From Caecitellus pseudoparvulus (Eukaryota > Protista > Bigyra: Bicosoecida): a stretch of DNA of 64,000 nucleotides. How positions within the stretch are numbered: the stretch's first letter is position 1; the number at the start of each line of letters is the position of its first letter. The stretch is from positions 1 to 64,000 of the forward strand of contig CBFFRQ010000057.1 in assembly GCA_965644315.1 (NCBI GenBank). Direction: 5' to 3'. Positions 48,701 through 60,242 of this stretch are shown piece after piece. The position numbers and the translations under genes are program-made. A model generated the notes under the pieces. It was not told the DNA's origin. It made no database searches and was given only the letters and a program-made list of their open reading frames with translations.

Positions 48701-51700
48701 AAGAGCGTGCAGGAACGCCGGCTGGGGAAGCTGCTGCTGGGGCAGGGAGCGCCACTGCCGCGGGAGAAGCTGCAGCAGCTGCGCCGACCTCACCGCGAAC
48801 GCTGGATGAGTTCATGGAAGCACAGGCCGCAGCGGCAGCGGCTTCTGCAGCTGCCCCCAAGCTCAAGTCTGTGCACACCTTGCACGACAAGCACGGCAAG
48901 ATGAAGCTTCTGCCGAGCATGGGGCACGTGGAGGAGCCTGACGACGACACGCTGTCCATTTCATCTCAGTCCACCACGAACTCAGTCATGTCGGGCGTCA
49001 GTGCGTACTCCGAGACGCCTCTCACAGCGCCCACCCGTGGCAAGAAGGATCCCGCAACAGGCAAGCGCGCCCCGCGCCAGCGAGAGAAGCTGGTGGACTT
49101 GTCCAAGGTGACAGCAGACACTGTCGCAAAACGTCTGGGCTGGGAGGCCTCCCTTGCGGCAGCCTTGGACATGACCAAACGGTACCAACTGCGCCTGTTC
49201 GTGTATCAAGCCCGACACCTGCCAGCGGTGGACTGGGATGGGGCGTCGGACCCGTACCTTCGGGTTCGCCTTGGGGAGGTTTTTCGCGACACTCGCACCG
49301 TGACGAGCACGTTGAACCCTGTGTGGGGATCAACCGTCGTGCTGAACGCCAACTTGCCGCCGTACCCGCTGGCGCCAGAGCTGCTTCTTGAAGTGTGGGA
49401 CAAGAACATCCTTCGCGACAAGCGCCTTGGCATGACGCGTGTGAGCCTCGCAGACGCCATGATGGTGGACACAGAGCGCCTGTACAACCGAGAGGTGGCG
49501 AAGCTGGACACTGCCCGCGGCAGGCGCTTGGCCCGCGCCATAGGCCACGTGCCCATCACGCTGGACATCTCCAAGTTCATCCCCACTCCGTTTTGGGTGC
49601 CCATGGCCCTTGAACATGGAGGCGCGTGGCGAGCAGGGGACGGTGTGGGTGCGACCTATGGTTCTGTAGTTGCGTTTGCCCACCCCAGGACTCGGGGGCA
49701 GCACGTTTCAGCTGTGAGTGTTGGCGCTGGCTCCACGCAGGCGCCGCAGTTGCAAGGCGCCGCGCAGCCCGGTGCCAAGGGCACGCTGAAGAAGTACTCA
49801 CCAGAGCAGCATGCATCCTTCTACCGGGCTCTGCAGTGGCTCGCACCGTCAGCTGCCAACGAAGCCCGAAGAGCGCTGCAGCGCTCCTCAGGCTCTGGTG
49901 CTATCGGGGCCATGTTGGATGCGGCCGTGAAGCTGAACATGCTGGCGGAGAGTGAGCTGGGCCCCTCGGCGCCCTGTGTGCCAGAGCTGCTGCTGGGCAT
50001 GCAGCTGGTGCCACGCGTCATGATGTCAGCTGCAGCAGCTGGGAAGAGCTGGGGAACGAACATGGTGGAGGACGAGGTTCCTGTGCCACTGTCCCCCCCT
50101 CCGCAGCTGCTGCCCCCCACCCGAGATGTGAAGGTGCACATGGTGGTGCTGTACGCATACGGACTGGGCAGCCCTGTCGGCATCCCGTCTGGGGAAGCGC
50201 AGCATCCAGAGGTGACGCTGGGGTTCACCGGCGTGTATCGCAAGGGCAAGGGTGCAACGTCAGAGGATGGCTCCAAGAACTACAGCGCCTCCAAGACCAC
50301 CCGCACACTGCAAGAGGTGACAGCCCCCGTCTTGGCCTCTGGGACGCGGGATGTGGGCACGAAAATTCTCCAAGCTTTCGCCGGCGCAGGTGCTGCCATC
50401 GGGCGCATCTTCACCGGGGGCGACGACGACCCAGTGCCGCCGCCTGTGCTTGGGCTGCCAACTGTGGCGGGTGCATATGCGCGGTACAACGCTCGGCTCA
50501 AGGCAGGTGTCATGGCCCGGGCAGCTGAAGTTCAGCGCATGTTGTCAGGAGATGACCTTGGAGGCGCAAGCGTCGGCGATGGGGACGGCGAGGTTGCCAG
50601 GCGCCTGGCCCCAGCTGCAGCGGCCACTGCGGAGCGCGTCTTGTGGGAGTTTTCCACTCGGCGGTACTTCGTGAACCGTGTGGAGCTGGAAGTGGGGCTG
50701 CCTGATGTAGCCCAGCTGGTGTGGCAGGTGCAAGAAGACAATGCCGACGTGGAGCATCGTGACAAGCAGGAGACATGGGCGGATGAAGCTGAGGCAGCTG
50801 CAGAGGCAGATGCCAAGCAGGCTGCGGCTGCAGCCGAGGCTCACGTGGCAGTTGAGAAGCCTGACAAGGAGGGTGGCATGGCCCCCGTCCCCGAAGATGG
50901 GCCTGGGGATCCAGGGGCACCCAGCAGCCCTGACGAGGGTGCAGCGCGCCCTGAGCCTGTGAAGGCCCCAAAGGATGATGTCCCAGATGAAGGTGGAGGT
51001 GGGGCGGCCGCGGCAGACAGCGGCACTCCCGTGCCAGGCCAGGCGCCAAGAACACCCAATGGCGAATGGTCCCCCCTCGGCGCTGGGCTGCCTTCGCACC
51101 AGCTGCGCGCACTGCGAGCTTGGGCTGCCAGCATGGCCCCCCGCATCCGGCTCAGCGTGGCCGAGGGGGCCGGCATTCTTGGACTGGGTGTCGGGGATGA
51201 CATGTTCGCGGCTTCCACGACCAGCGCTCTGACACCTCTGCCCCCGGCCAAGGTGTACTCAGCCACGCACAAGAAGGGCCACATTGGAGACGCCAGCATG
51301 CCCCTGCCACTGGGGGAGCTCTGGTGGGCCACGCCAGGCAGCCAAGGCGATGACTTGGGGGACGACGAGGCCGACGCTGCAGCGGCTGCTGCCCGCACTG
51401 GCATGTTCTCACCCCACGCACGCAAGCCCAGTGCGCGTGTGGAGGAGCCCCCTGCAGGCTCGGGTGAGAACATTGCCGCTGGGCGCATCCAAGCAATCGC
51501 TCGTCGACGCCTTCTTGAGCGTCGCCGGCGGCACGAGGCTGGCGCGACGCAGCGGGCATTTGCAGCGCACGCTCGCGCCAGAGCACAAGCTGCAAGCAAG
51601 GGTGGCGCCGCCGGCAAGCTTCGGTCTTCATTGAAGACCGCCATCGGGAAAGTGCACCTGGCAGGCGTGTTGTCCGGAGCAGCAAGCGCATTGACACAGG

Positions 51701-54700
51701 CATCGGAGGGCAAGGAGCATGTGCTGCTGTCTCCCGCTGAGACGGATGGGTTGGCGGTTTTCCGCGCGCCGCCCCCGAACGTGCGGCGGACGAAGGAAGA
51801 GCTGTACAAGATGCTGCTTTCCCGCAGGCGCCTGTTGCGCAGGCGTGCAGTGTATCCACTGCCGTTGGAAGACATGCTGCCGCGGCATGGGAACCTGTTC
51901 AGAGACTACCCTGTGTACACGCACGTGGGCGCAACACCCACAGGCGCGACCCCCCGCATGCGGCACAAGATCGCCGGTCTGGTGCGAGCTGCCGTGCTGA
52001 TCGAAGACCTCAGTGAAACGCGCTCTTCTTCCCAGTGGAAGTACAAGCAAGCTCGCCAGCAAGCCAGGAACCGAGCCAGCGCCCTGGAAGGCGGCATCGC
52101 TGCTGACGCAGCGCGAACTGCTGTCGTGGAGGGCATGAAGGCGGGCCATGTTGCCATGCCAGGCATGAACAAGGAGCAGGACAACATGGATGCCATCGCT
52201 GCGGCTGCCAGCACGCGGTCGCTGTATGTGCAGCGAGTCTTGGCGCTGGGGGGAACGCTGCAGAAGGTGAAGGTGCGGGTGTATGCCATGTCCATTTCTG
52301 CGGCCTTGTCCTGTGTGCCCCGCTCCGGCGTGTCGTACGTGGCACCGGTACTGCGCCAGGAAGGCTACACACGGCCACACCTGGAAGGCCCGCCTGGTCG
52401 CCTGGGTGTGTCTCTCCGCGTGCACGTGTGCGGGCAAAGCGTCGCGAGCAAGGCGGTGCAGTGGCAACCCCGCAGCATCTCGACGTACCAGCGATTGGAG
52501 CAGGACATTGACGAGGCGTACCTCATCCCCGGCACACCTTGCGCCTTCAGCAAGTTCGGAGCCAACAGGCGCAGTATCAAGGGCCTGGCCACAGACCTTC
52601 AGGCGGTGGGGCAGCCCATCCCCCCCACCTTGCAGCGAGACTTGGAGCTGGCTGAGACGTGCAGCAGCACCGACAGGCGCCAGCCGTATGACCAAGTAGC
52701 TGACATCATGCAGTGCATGGAGATCGAGACCACCCTGCCTGGTGTGCCGCTCATGACTTTGGAGGTGTGGCACACGTACGCGACGGACCACGTGGAGGTC
52801 GTGCCTGGCAAGCCAGCGAAGCCTGGCGGGAAGGAGGTGAAGAAGCTGCGGCGAACGCGGAGGTACCATGAGGCCCTCATCGGAGGCACGATCATTGACC
52901 TGGAGCAGCGATGGCTGCACCCTGCGTGGCACTCCATGGGTGGCAAGTACCACGTCACGCCGGAGAGCTTGACTGAAGCGCAGCGACAGACTCAAGGTGA
53001 CCTCATCCAGTTCCACCCAGTTGCGGTGGAGACTCGGCAGCTTGTCGCGCCGTCCTGCCGTGCGATGGCTGTCCTTGAGGCAGCCGGAGACCCAGGCGCA
53101 TCCACTGAGCTGGTGGCCGCCACTTCCAGCCACGGGACAGTGAAACTGGGGCCTCTGGAGGTAAAAGACCGAGGTGGAGCAGTTGTTCCTGACGCGGAAG
53201 GGCGCCTGCCCACTGACAACACTGATGTCGGCGTGACCACCGGTGCCATGCAGCTATGGGTGGACATTATGACAGCGGAAGAGGCCAAGACCTTCCCCCC
53301 TCTGAAGATCGAACGCCCCCCCAAGCTGCACATGGTGTTCCGGGTCACTGTCTGGCGAGTGCGCCGCATCGTGCGCATCAAGTCCTCATCGCGACTTGCT
53401 GATCTGATGAACCTGCCGAAAGGCAAGCGCGCAGATGCGGACCCCACGTCTGCCACCAACCTCTCTGCATCTGCACAGCAGGCCCTGGCGCAACAGGCCG
53501 AGTTTGCAACTTGGTGGCCGAAAGATGCAGCAGCTGCAGATGCCGCCGCCGGCGCCGAGAAAGACGCCCCTGCGCAGTTGGCAATCGAAGCTGCGCCTGC
53601 CGCAGATGAAGACCCCGGCGCCGGTGCAGCAGCCGCAGGCGAAGTAGCCACCTCTGGGGCGGCGAAGGACGAACGCAACCCGGAAGGTGCGCGGCCAAGT
53701 CAAACTATGGGCAGCGCCAAGGGCGACGATTATGTGTACTTTGACGTGCCCATGCCTCCATTCGGCCCCCCGCTTGAACGGGATCGCATTGCCCACAAGG
53801 CCGCGACCTTAAGAGCACTGCACAGCCGCAAGCGCAGCAAGGGCGGCCCCACGGCCAGTATCGTGGACAATTTAGCCGTCGGTGCCAACGTGGCCGTGGC
53901 AGCGGTGGACACAGTGCTAGACAGTGCGGGGGAAGTCATCAAGGCTGTGGACAACAAGGCCGAATTGAAGACGTTCCTGCCTCCCTCCATGTCGGTGCCT
54001 CCGTCAGACGAGCTTGCCAATCGGTACACTGGCCAAGGGACAACTTCTTTCTTTGCCCGAGCATGCCTGCTTGACCCTGTCGCGAAGCACAAGGATCAGG
54101 ACACTCTGGACGTGGACAAGGGTGACGAGGGGCGTGGTCACGAAGGTGCCGGTCAGGCTGCAGAGGGCAAGGAGGGCGATGCAAGAGCCGAAGGCGACGA
54201 GGAAGAGATGGCTCCTGTGCACAGTCTGATGGCGCCCGCATCCGGGGGCGTGTCTCAAGAGGTGGATGCGGGCCTGGACACGAGCGCGTTCGTGCGCCCC
54301 ACCCACGAGTCCTGGCTCAGGGCCCCCGCACAGGCGAGCAAGGTGGGCTCTGTAGTGCCGCAACTGACCTTCGTACCGCAAGGCATGGACCCGGCAGAGG
54401 CGGACGAGGTGTTCCTGCATGGCGGGGACCAGCCTGATGCGGCTGCGGACGACGACGACGACGAGCTGCCCGACGCCGACGGGGACGGCGAGCCCGACGA
54501 CGTCCGCACTGGCTGTGTGAAGTGCCTGGGGTGCTGCTGCCACTGCGGCGAGATGCTGTGTGCCAGCATCATTTGCTCCTGCTGCAGCGGCCCAGCAAAC
54601 TGCTGCATTGATTGCTGCGCCTGCTGCTGTGGTGCGTACAAGGAGCCTGTGCCGCCGCCCATGGACGTGAAGGTTGAGAGCGAACACACGCTCTTCAACT

Positions 54701-55518
54701 GGCGCATGACGCTGCCAGTGAACCACGAGAAGTGGGGCAGGTGCCCGCCTCCTGACCGGCTGCGCATCGAGCTGTGCCGCACGGTGCCACGTGAGCAGCT
54801 CATCACCAGCGTGGACTTGCGTGGCAGCGCTGTTGCGGCAGGCTTGGCTGCGGGTGTGGGTGCTGTAGTGGACGGTGTGTCATCTGTAGCAACTGCAGCG
54901 ACTGCCGCCCTCACTGGTGGAGCAGCGGCAGAGGGCAAGGTGGAGGCAGCGGTGGAAGCTGCCGCTGCCCCTGCTGGCCCGGTCCAGGACCGCCTTGGGT
55001 ACGTGGATGTGCCCATTGCACAAGCAGTCATGAGTGCCGCAGCTCAGGCAAGCCACACAATCACGCCAGTGAACTACGCAGCGTGGGAAGGCGCCCAACG
55101 CCAGTGGGTAGCCAAGGACAACCACCTGGTCAGCGCCCACGCTGCCAGTGTCATGGGTGGTGCCGGTGTCTGCACGGAGGGCGTTTGGTTGCCGGTAAAG
55201 ACCCACGCTGTGCCACACGTCCTGGACGCGGCTGGGCGTGACTGGGGCATTGCCGCTCTTCCCCCCCTTGAGCACTTGGATGGCTCAGATCGGGAGTGCT
55301 TCCAGGTGTTGGTGTCTGCCGAGATGGTGCCGGAGGCTCTCGCCGAAGAGTACCCTGCCGGCTTCGGGCGCGCCAAGCCTAACCTGAACCCTGTCCTGTA
55401 CAACCCCAGCAAGATGAGAGCAGCAGCAGAGACTGCTATCCGCGCCCACAAGCCGCCTAGGTGCCTTGGCTGCGTCGTTGACGCCTCGGATGGCTCCGTC
55501 GGGTGCAGCATTATGTAG
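42760..55518 (+). CDS. Ferlin-like multi-C2 protein (~4199 aa) with N-terminal PH domain, IQ-like motif and C-terminal CaaX
   Basis: Exons 42760-42818, 42905-43023, 43097-55518 rebuild a PH domain (LAGYLFK..KRYLVYY..VSYYDSE..KGAISL..FSIETPDRVYKFAANSEEDMLDWAKAL). Ferlin hallmarks in order: LPAMD..IDAYVKV, VWDHDSVGNDD, GPIWLPLHG..MN..YRGAIL, LPDLFVYL..GRIPA, YQLRLFVYQARHLPAVDWDGASDPY, VRVY, LIGGTIIDLEQRW, VETRQL, GAMQLWVDIM, FNWR, PAGFGRAKPNLNP. Confidence 0.9.
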
Positions 55519-55825
55519 GGCGGTCAGCCGCCGTCCATCGTCGCCTGGCAAGGCATAGGCTGCATTCGTGCACAGCTCCTAAATCCACTGCCTTCTGGAC
55601 AACACTGCGGCCATCGATGCCCTGCTTGGTCAGCAGCCCCCTCTGCGTGTGTTCGCAACTGGCACAGGGGGCAGTTTCTCGATCATCCAACTGTCAGGGT
55701 GTGCCTGGAAGCAGCGTGCTCAGGCGCAACTGCAGGTGCCGACGCTCGGCCCCGCCTCCCGCATGCTGTGGGCAACTCTCGCCGTGCTCTTGGTACAAGC
55801 ATTCAGAACCGCGCAACTGTAAGCC

Positions 55826-58800
55826 ATGACGCACCTCATTTCGGGCGGTGGTGACGAGGACCTCCGGCTGAGGCCGCTCACGTCACCTCGATTCGGCTAC
55901 CTCTGCCCGTCGTGTGGGGAAGACGCCCCCGACAATCGCTGCTGCGAGTGCTGGACGCAGTGTTTGTGCAGCGTTACTGACCGGTACTACGATGGGGCTG
56001 TCATGCACGGCACGCCCCACGGACGGGGGCGCATGCTCTTCCTGTTCAATGGCTCCTCCTTTTTGGGTGAGTGCGCATGTGTCGCATGCGACAGGCGAGC
56101 AGCGAGGCAAGCTTGCAAGGCAAGCACTGGCGCCGCCGCTGCGTGCAGGGAACTTTCAACACGGCGCTTTCAAGGGGAAAGGGCGCTACACTTGGTTCGA
56201 AGGCAGCGTGCTGTATGCTGAGTGGGCGAAGGGCGAGCCCATTCGGGACAGCCGCTTCGCTGGCGTTGACGGCACGCGCCTGTACGACATCGTGTACAAA
56301 GCCGGCGCAGTCATCTCGGCCAGCCGGCTTGTACTGCCTCACGGAGCCGGTGAAGTTCGCCAGCTCAGTGCAGAGGTGTCCGGAAAGAAGCGAGGAGGGG
56401 GCTCCAAAGCCCTGCCCGGGGACTCCATCAGCACGGGTGGCCCGACGGGCAACGCGCGCCTCGCACGTGCTGCCGCGGTGCAGGACGCCGCTCGAGAGGA
56501 GGCATCTACAACGTACGCATACTATGCAGATCCACGCTACGGCGTGGGGCACTGCCAGAGTGCATGCGGTCGAGTGGCACAAGTTCCGCTGCTGGCGTTG
56601 CCGGCTGTGTTGGTGGCTGCCACCATTGCCTTGGACTTTGCCGCCTTCGCGACCGCCTACACTGGCACCACGTGCCGCATGACTAATCCCCAGACACGCA
56701 GCTGCTTCGGCCAGGAGCCGGGCACTTGTTGCAAGGGCGAAGAGGTGCAGGGGCTGGGGTTCGCCGTGGTCAGCCTGTTGCTCCTGGCGGCCAGCTTGGC
56801 CACCGCTGTCCTGTACGCAGTCAGCAAGCGTGACCTCACCATCGGCGCAGCTCTACCCTCCGTGTTGCACTCTCTGGGTTTGAGCCCCGTGTGGCATGCT
56901 GTGCGCCTGATCTGGGCCCTGCGCACGCCTCGCACGCTGAGCAAGGGTGCGAAGGCTGGCAAGGCCCAGTCGGGCTCTCCCGGCGAGGGGCCTGCGCGGA
57001 CTCCCGCCTCCCGCGCACCAGTCATGTCCTTGGGGCTAGGGAAGACGCGTGGGCGCAGTAACACCAGCTTCAAGGAGGCCAACCCGATGGGGGACGTGGA
57101 GATGCCACCCAGTGCGTCGGGGGGTCAAGGGGGGGACACGGCCGGCCGCGGAACACTGTCCGCCCTGCCTGGCCCCCTCACAGCGGTCAGCACCTCTGTG
57201 CGAGCCATGTTGGAGACGACAGCACCGTGGCTGTTCACAGGTGTCAGCCGTGCCCAGCTGCATCGCGTGGCGCAGCATTGCGTGCCAGCGCTGCTGCTGC
57301 ACGCCTACGGGCTGTTCGGGCTGTGGACGTTTGAAGATGTGCCCCCGCTGGAAGCCGCTGCGGCCGCCTGCGGTGTGGTTGTGTTGTGGTGGACGCTGGT
57401 GGCGTCGGACTTGGGCGGCATCACCATGAAGTCCCTACGGTTCATCCTGCCGCCGCCGGACACGCCTCTGTGGAAGGACCCCAAGATGCCGTCTCTGTTC
57501 GTGCGGGAGTCCCCGCATGAGAACAGTGCACTGTGGCTGACCCTGGCAGCCATCATCAGCGGCCTCTTCCGCGCTATGGAGTTGCTGAGCCGGCTGGCCA
57601 TCCTAGGCGGCGTGCTCGCAGCCACCAAGGGGGTCTTGTTGGCCCTGCTCCTGCCGGGGTGGCTCGGCAGTTACTACTTGTACGCAGCGTGGTCGTACCC
57701 CCGTGAGAGGGACTATGAAACACGCGAGCGGCTCAAGGCATGGGCACTGCCCCACTGGCCCAGCGTGCGCGAGCGTCAGGCAGCGGAGGCTGCAGGTGGG
57801 GTAGGCGGGGCTGGCGGCACTCTTCGGCGTGGTTCCAGCGACGCAGGGAAGGTCAGCCCCAAGCGGCCCGCAACACTGGAGGACAGCAAGGCTGCCTCCG
57901 GGGCGATTGCCTCGCCGCCAGCCGTGCCTGGGAAGTCATCGGGGGGGTTGAAGGGAGGCAGCGGGGCTGGACGGGGAGGCGGCGCCCGAGCATCTGACAG
58001 CGTCAGTGCCCGCCCCCCCACGAGCCCCCGGGAGAAGCCCAGCTCGACGCCGACAGGCACGCCGACGAAGCCTCGCCCCAGCGCCGGCAAGGCAGGGTCT
58101 GACACGGCAGCCAGCTGCCCGATGCGCACCCGGCACTTCTTTGAGGCTTGTGGCGTGCGGTGCTGGGACTGCCTGCGCCCGGGGCTGCGAGATGCCAGTG
58201 TGTGGTGGCGGGAAAGGGCCATTTCGCCCATGGACCCGCGGCTATTAATTTCCTTGGTCGCCTTCCCAGCTCCGAATTGGTCCCCTCTCTTCCCCACGGT
58301 GGCGTCGGTTGGCGCGCCGCTGACCGCCCGCTTTCCTGTGTGGAGCTACTTCGCATCTCGAGCTGCGGAAGACATCCTCGGCATCTTGCTGTTCGCTGCT
58401 ACACAGCGGTACGGCGAAAACCCAGTTTCCTCTTTCCTGGAGTCGTCTGCTCTCGGCACGCCTGTGCGAGCCTGGTGTTGTCGGGAGTCTTTGTGGCTGC
58501 TGCTCGTCGTCTGCACTCTCGTCAAGTACATCCTGCTGCCGTTCTACCTCAATCTGTTCCAGGTGCTCGCACAGCCCCCCCTCGAAGAAGATGGGGAAGA
58601 CGTGCAGGCCCAGTCCACCTTCTCCTTTGCTTGGTGGCGCAAGGTGGACCCACGGAAAGTGCCAGATTGGGCCACGGAGGCGCTGCCAGGGCAAGCGGGC
58701 TACAAGAGTGCCCATCGTCCCAGCACTATGGCTGCCCAGGTGCTGTCACCAAGTCAGGCGGAAGAGGAGAAGAAGGCCGCACCCGCTTCTCGCGCGGAAC

Positions 58801-58853
58801 GGCTGCGGCACTTGTCTGATGCGGGGGGCGACGCCAAGGGTGAAGACGCCTGA
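55826..58853 (+). CDS. MORN-repeat + polytopic XK-related (scramblase-like) membrane protein
   Basis: ATG 55826; intron 56067-56148 (82 nt). MORN-like YYDGAVMHGTPHGRGRMLF..FLGNFQHGAFKGKGRYTW..YAEWAKG. TM region with LFRAMELLSRLAILGGVLAA and YFASRAAEDILGILLF, resembling XK-family motifs. The gene is well supported; the XK assignment is less certain. Confidence 0.7.
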
Positions 58854-59040
58854 GCAAGCCCTTGCGCTGAGGCACACTTTCCTTCTGGCACAATGCACCC
58901 TGACTGCACTGCCTGGAAGACGCAGCAGGTTGCAGCACCCTCTAGTTTGATTGGCGCCTCCTTTCCAGTCTAGGCTTTCCCTGCAGAGGCTGCACCTTGT
59001 GGGTTGTCGGCACTGTTTGCAGCTCTCCAACTTCCGCAGC

Positions 59041-60099
59041 ATGGCCGGGCTCCCTGCTTGGGACAGGCACCCGTGGCTTTTGCAGCTCTTCACCAGCTTG
59101 GCAGTCTCCATGGTCATGCTGCCGTTGACCATGATCTCTTTTTTTGTTGACTTGGTGTGGCCTGCGCCCCGCATCCCACAATCGAAGCACAAGGTGCGCG
59201 TGCGCGTGTTTGAGTGGCGTGGGGTGGAGTTGGAGCACTTGTCGCGTGTCACGGCCCTGCAAAGACTTCGCGCGCCCATCTGCGCTCATGCACAGACCAT
59301 CCTCATCACTGGGGCCTCCTCTGGCATTGGCCGCGCCCTCGCCGTCGAGTACGCCGCGCCTGGCGTCACCCTCCTGCTTACTGGGCGCAATGAGGACAGG
59401 CTGGCTGGCGTGCAGGCGGACTGCGAGAGCCGGGGGGCGCAGGTGGTGCTGAAGGCGCTGGACGTGACGGATCGCGCTGCTACGGAGGCGTGGGTGTCGG
59501 CGATGGACGAGGAGCACTGCGTGGACATGGTGGTGGCGAACGCCGGCGTGACGGCAGAAACCCTGGGCCTGACAGGGCCTCAACGGGATGCCGTCAGCGA
59601 AGTCACACGCCAGCTGTTCTCCACCAACGTGGACGGCGTGTTCAACACCGTCTTGCCGCTTGTGGCGCCCATGAAGGCTCGTGGGGCAGGGCAGATCGTG
59701 CTGATGGCATCGCAGGCCAGCTTCGCACCCACCTTCATGTACTCTTACGGCGCGACGAAGGCCGCGGTGCGTTTTTGGGGGGAGGGCCTGCGGCAGGACC
59801 TGGCCGCGTGGGGTGTTGCTGTGAATGTGGTGTGCCCGGGCTTCGTGCGGTCGCCCATGACGGACGAGTTCACGTTTGACATGCTTGGGCTGGTGGACAT
59901 GCAGGGTGCTGTGGCGGCTACGAAAGAAGGGCTGGAGGCAAACACTGCTGTCATCTGCTTTCCTGCTGTGGTCACCATTGCTACCTCTGTGCTGAATGCC
60001 GTGGCGCCGACGCTGCGGGATGTCCTGGCACGCCTGGGTGTGCTGCATTCGTGGAGGCAGCGCCGCAGCCAGGAGGCGAGGCAGGGGGCCATGTGGTGA
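59041..60099 (+). CDS. Short-chain dehydrogenase/reductase, copy 1, N-terminal membrane anchor
   Basis: Intron 59194-59295; TGASSGIG, NAG, S..YGATK, PGFVRSPMT. Confidence 0.92.
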   Translation: MAGLPAWDRHPWLLQLFTSLAVSMVMLPLTMISFFVDLVWPAPRIPQSKHKVRVRVFEWRGVELEHLSRVTALQRLRAPICAHAQTILITGASSGIGRALAVEYAAPGVTLLLTGRNEDRLAGVQADCESRGAQVVLKALDVTDRAATEAWVSAMDEEHCVDMVVANAGVTAETLGLTGPQRDAVSEVTRQLFSTNVDGVFNTVLPLVAPMKARGAGQIVLMASQASFAPTFMYSYGATKAAVRFWGEGLRQDLAAWGVAVNVVCPGFVRSPMTDEFTFDMLGLVDMQGAVAATKEGLEANTAVICFPAVVTIATSVLNAVAPTLRDVLARLGVLHSWRQRRSQEARQGAMW

Positions 60100-60242
60100 C
60101 GTGGCAGGCGGTCCAACCTGCCCAGTGCAATGAAACAACACAAAACCCCTCACTCTGTCACTTGGCGCGCCGCATCCACATCTCTGCTCTGTGCTTGCTT
60201 GAACGGCGTGGTGGACGAGCTCAACTTCCGCACGCTCCGAAC

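Noticed and set aside
7460-55518. Numerous 100-690 aa antisense or alternate-frame ORFs inside the giant genes as overlapping genes
   Set aside because: Expected at this GC content; no recognisable domains.
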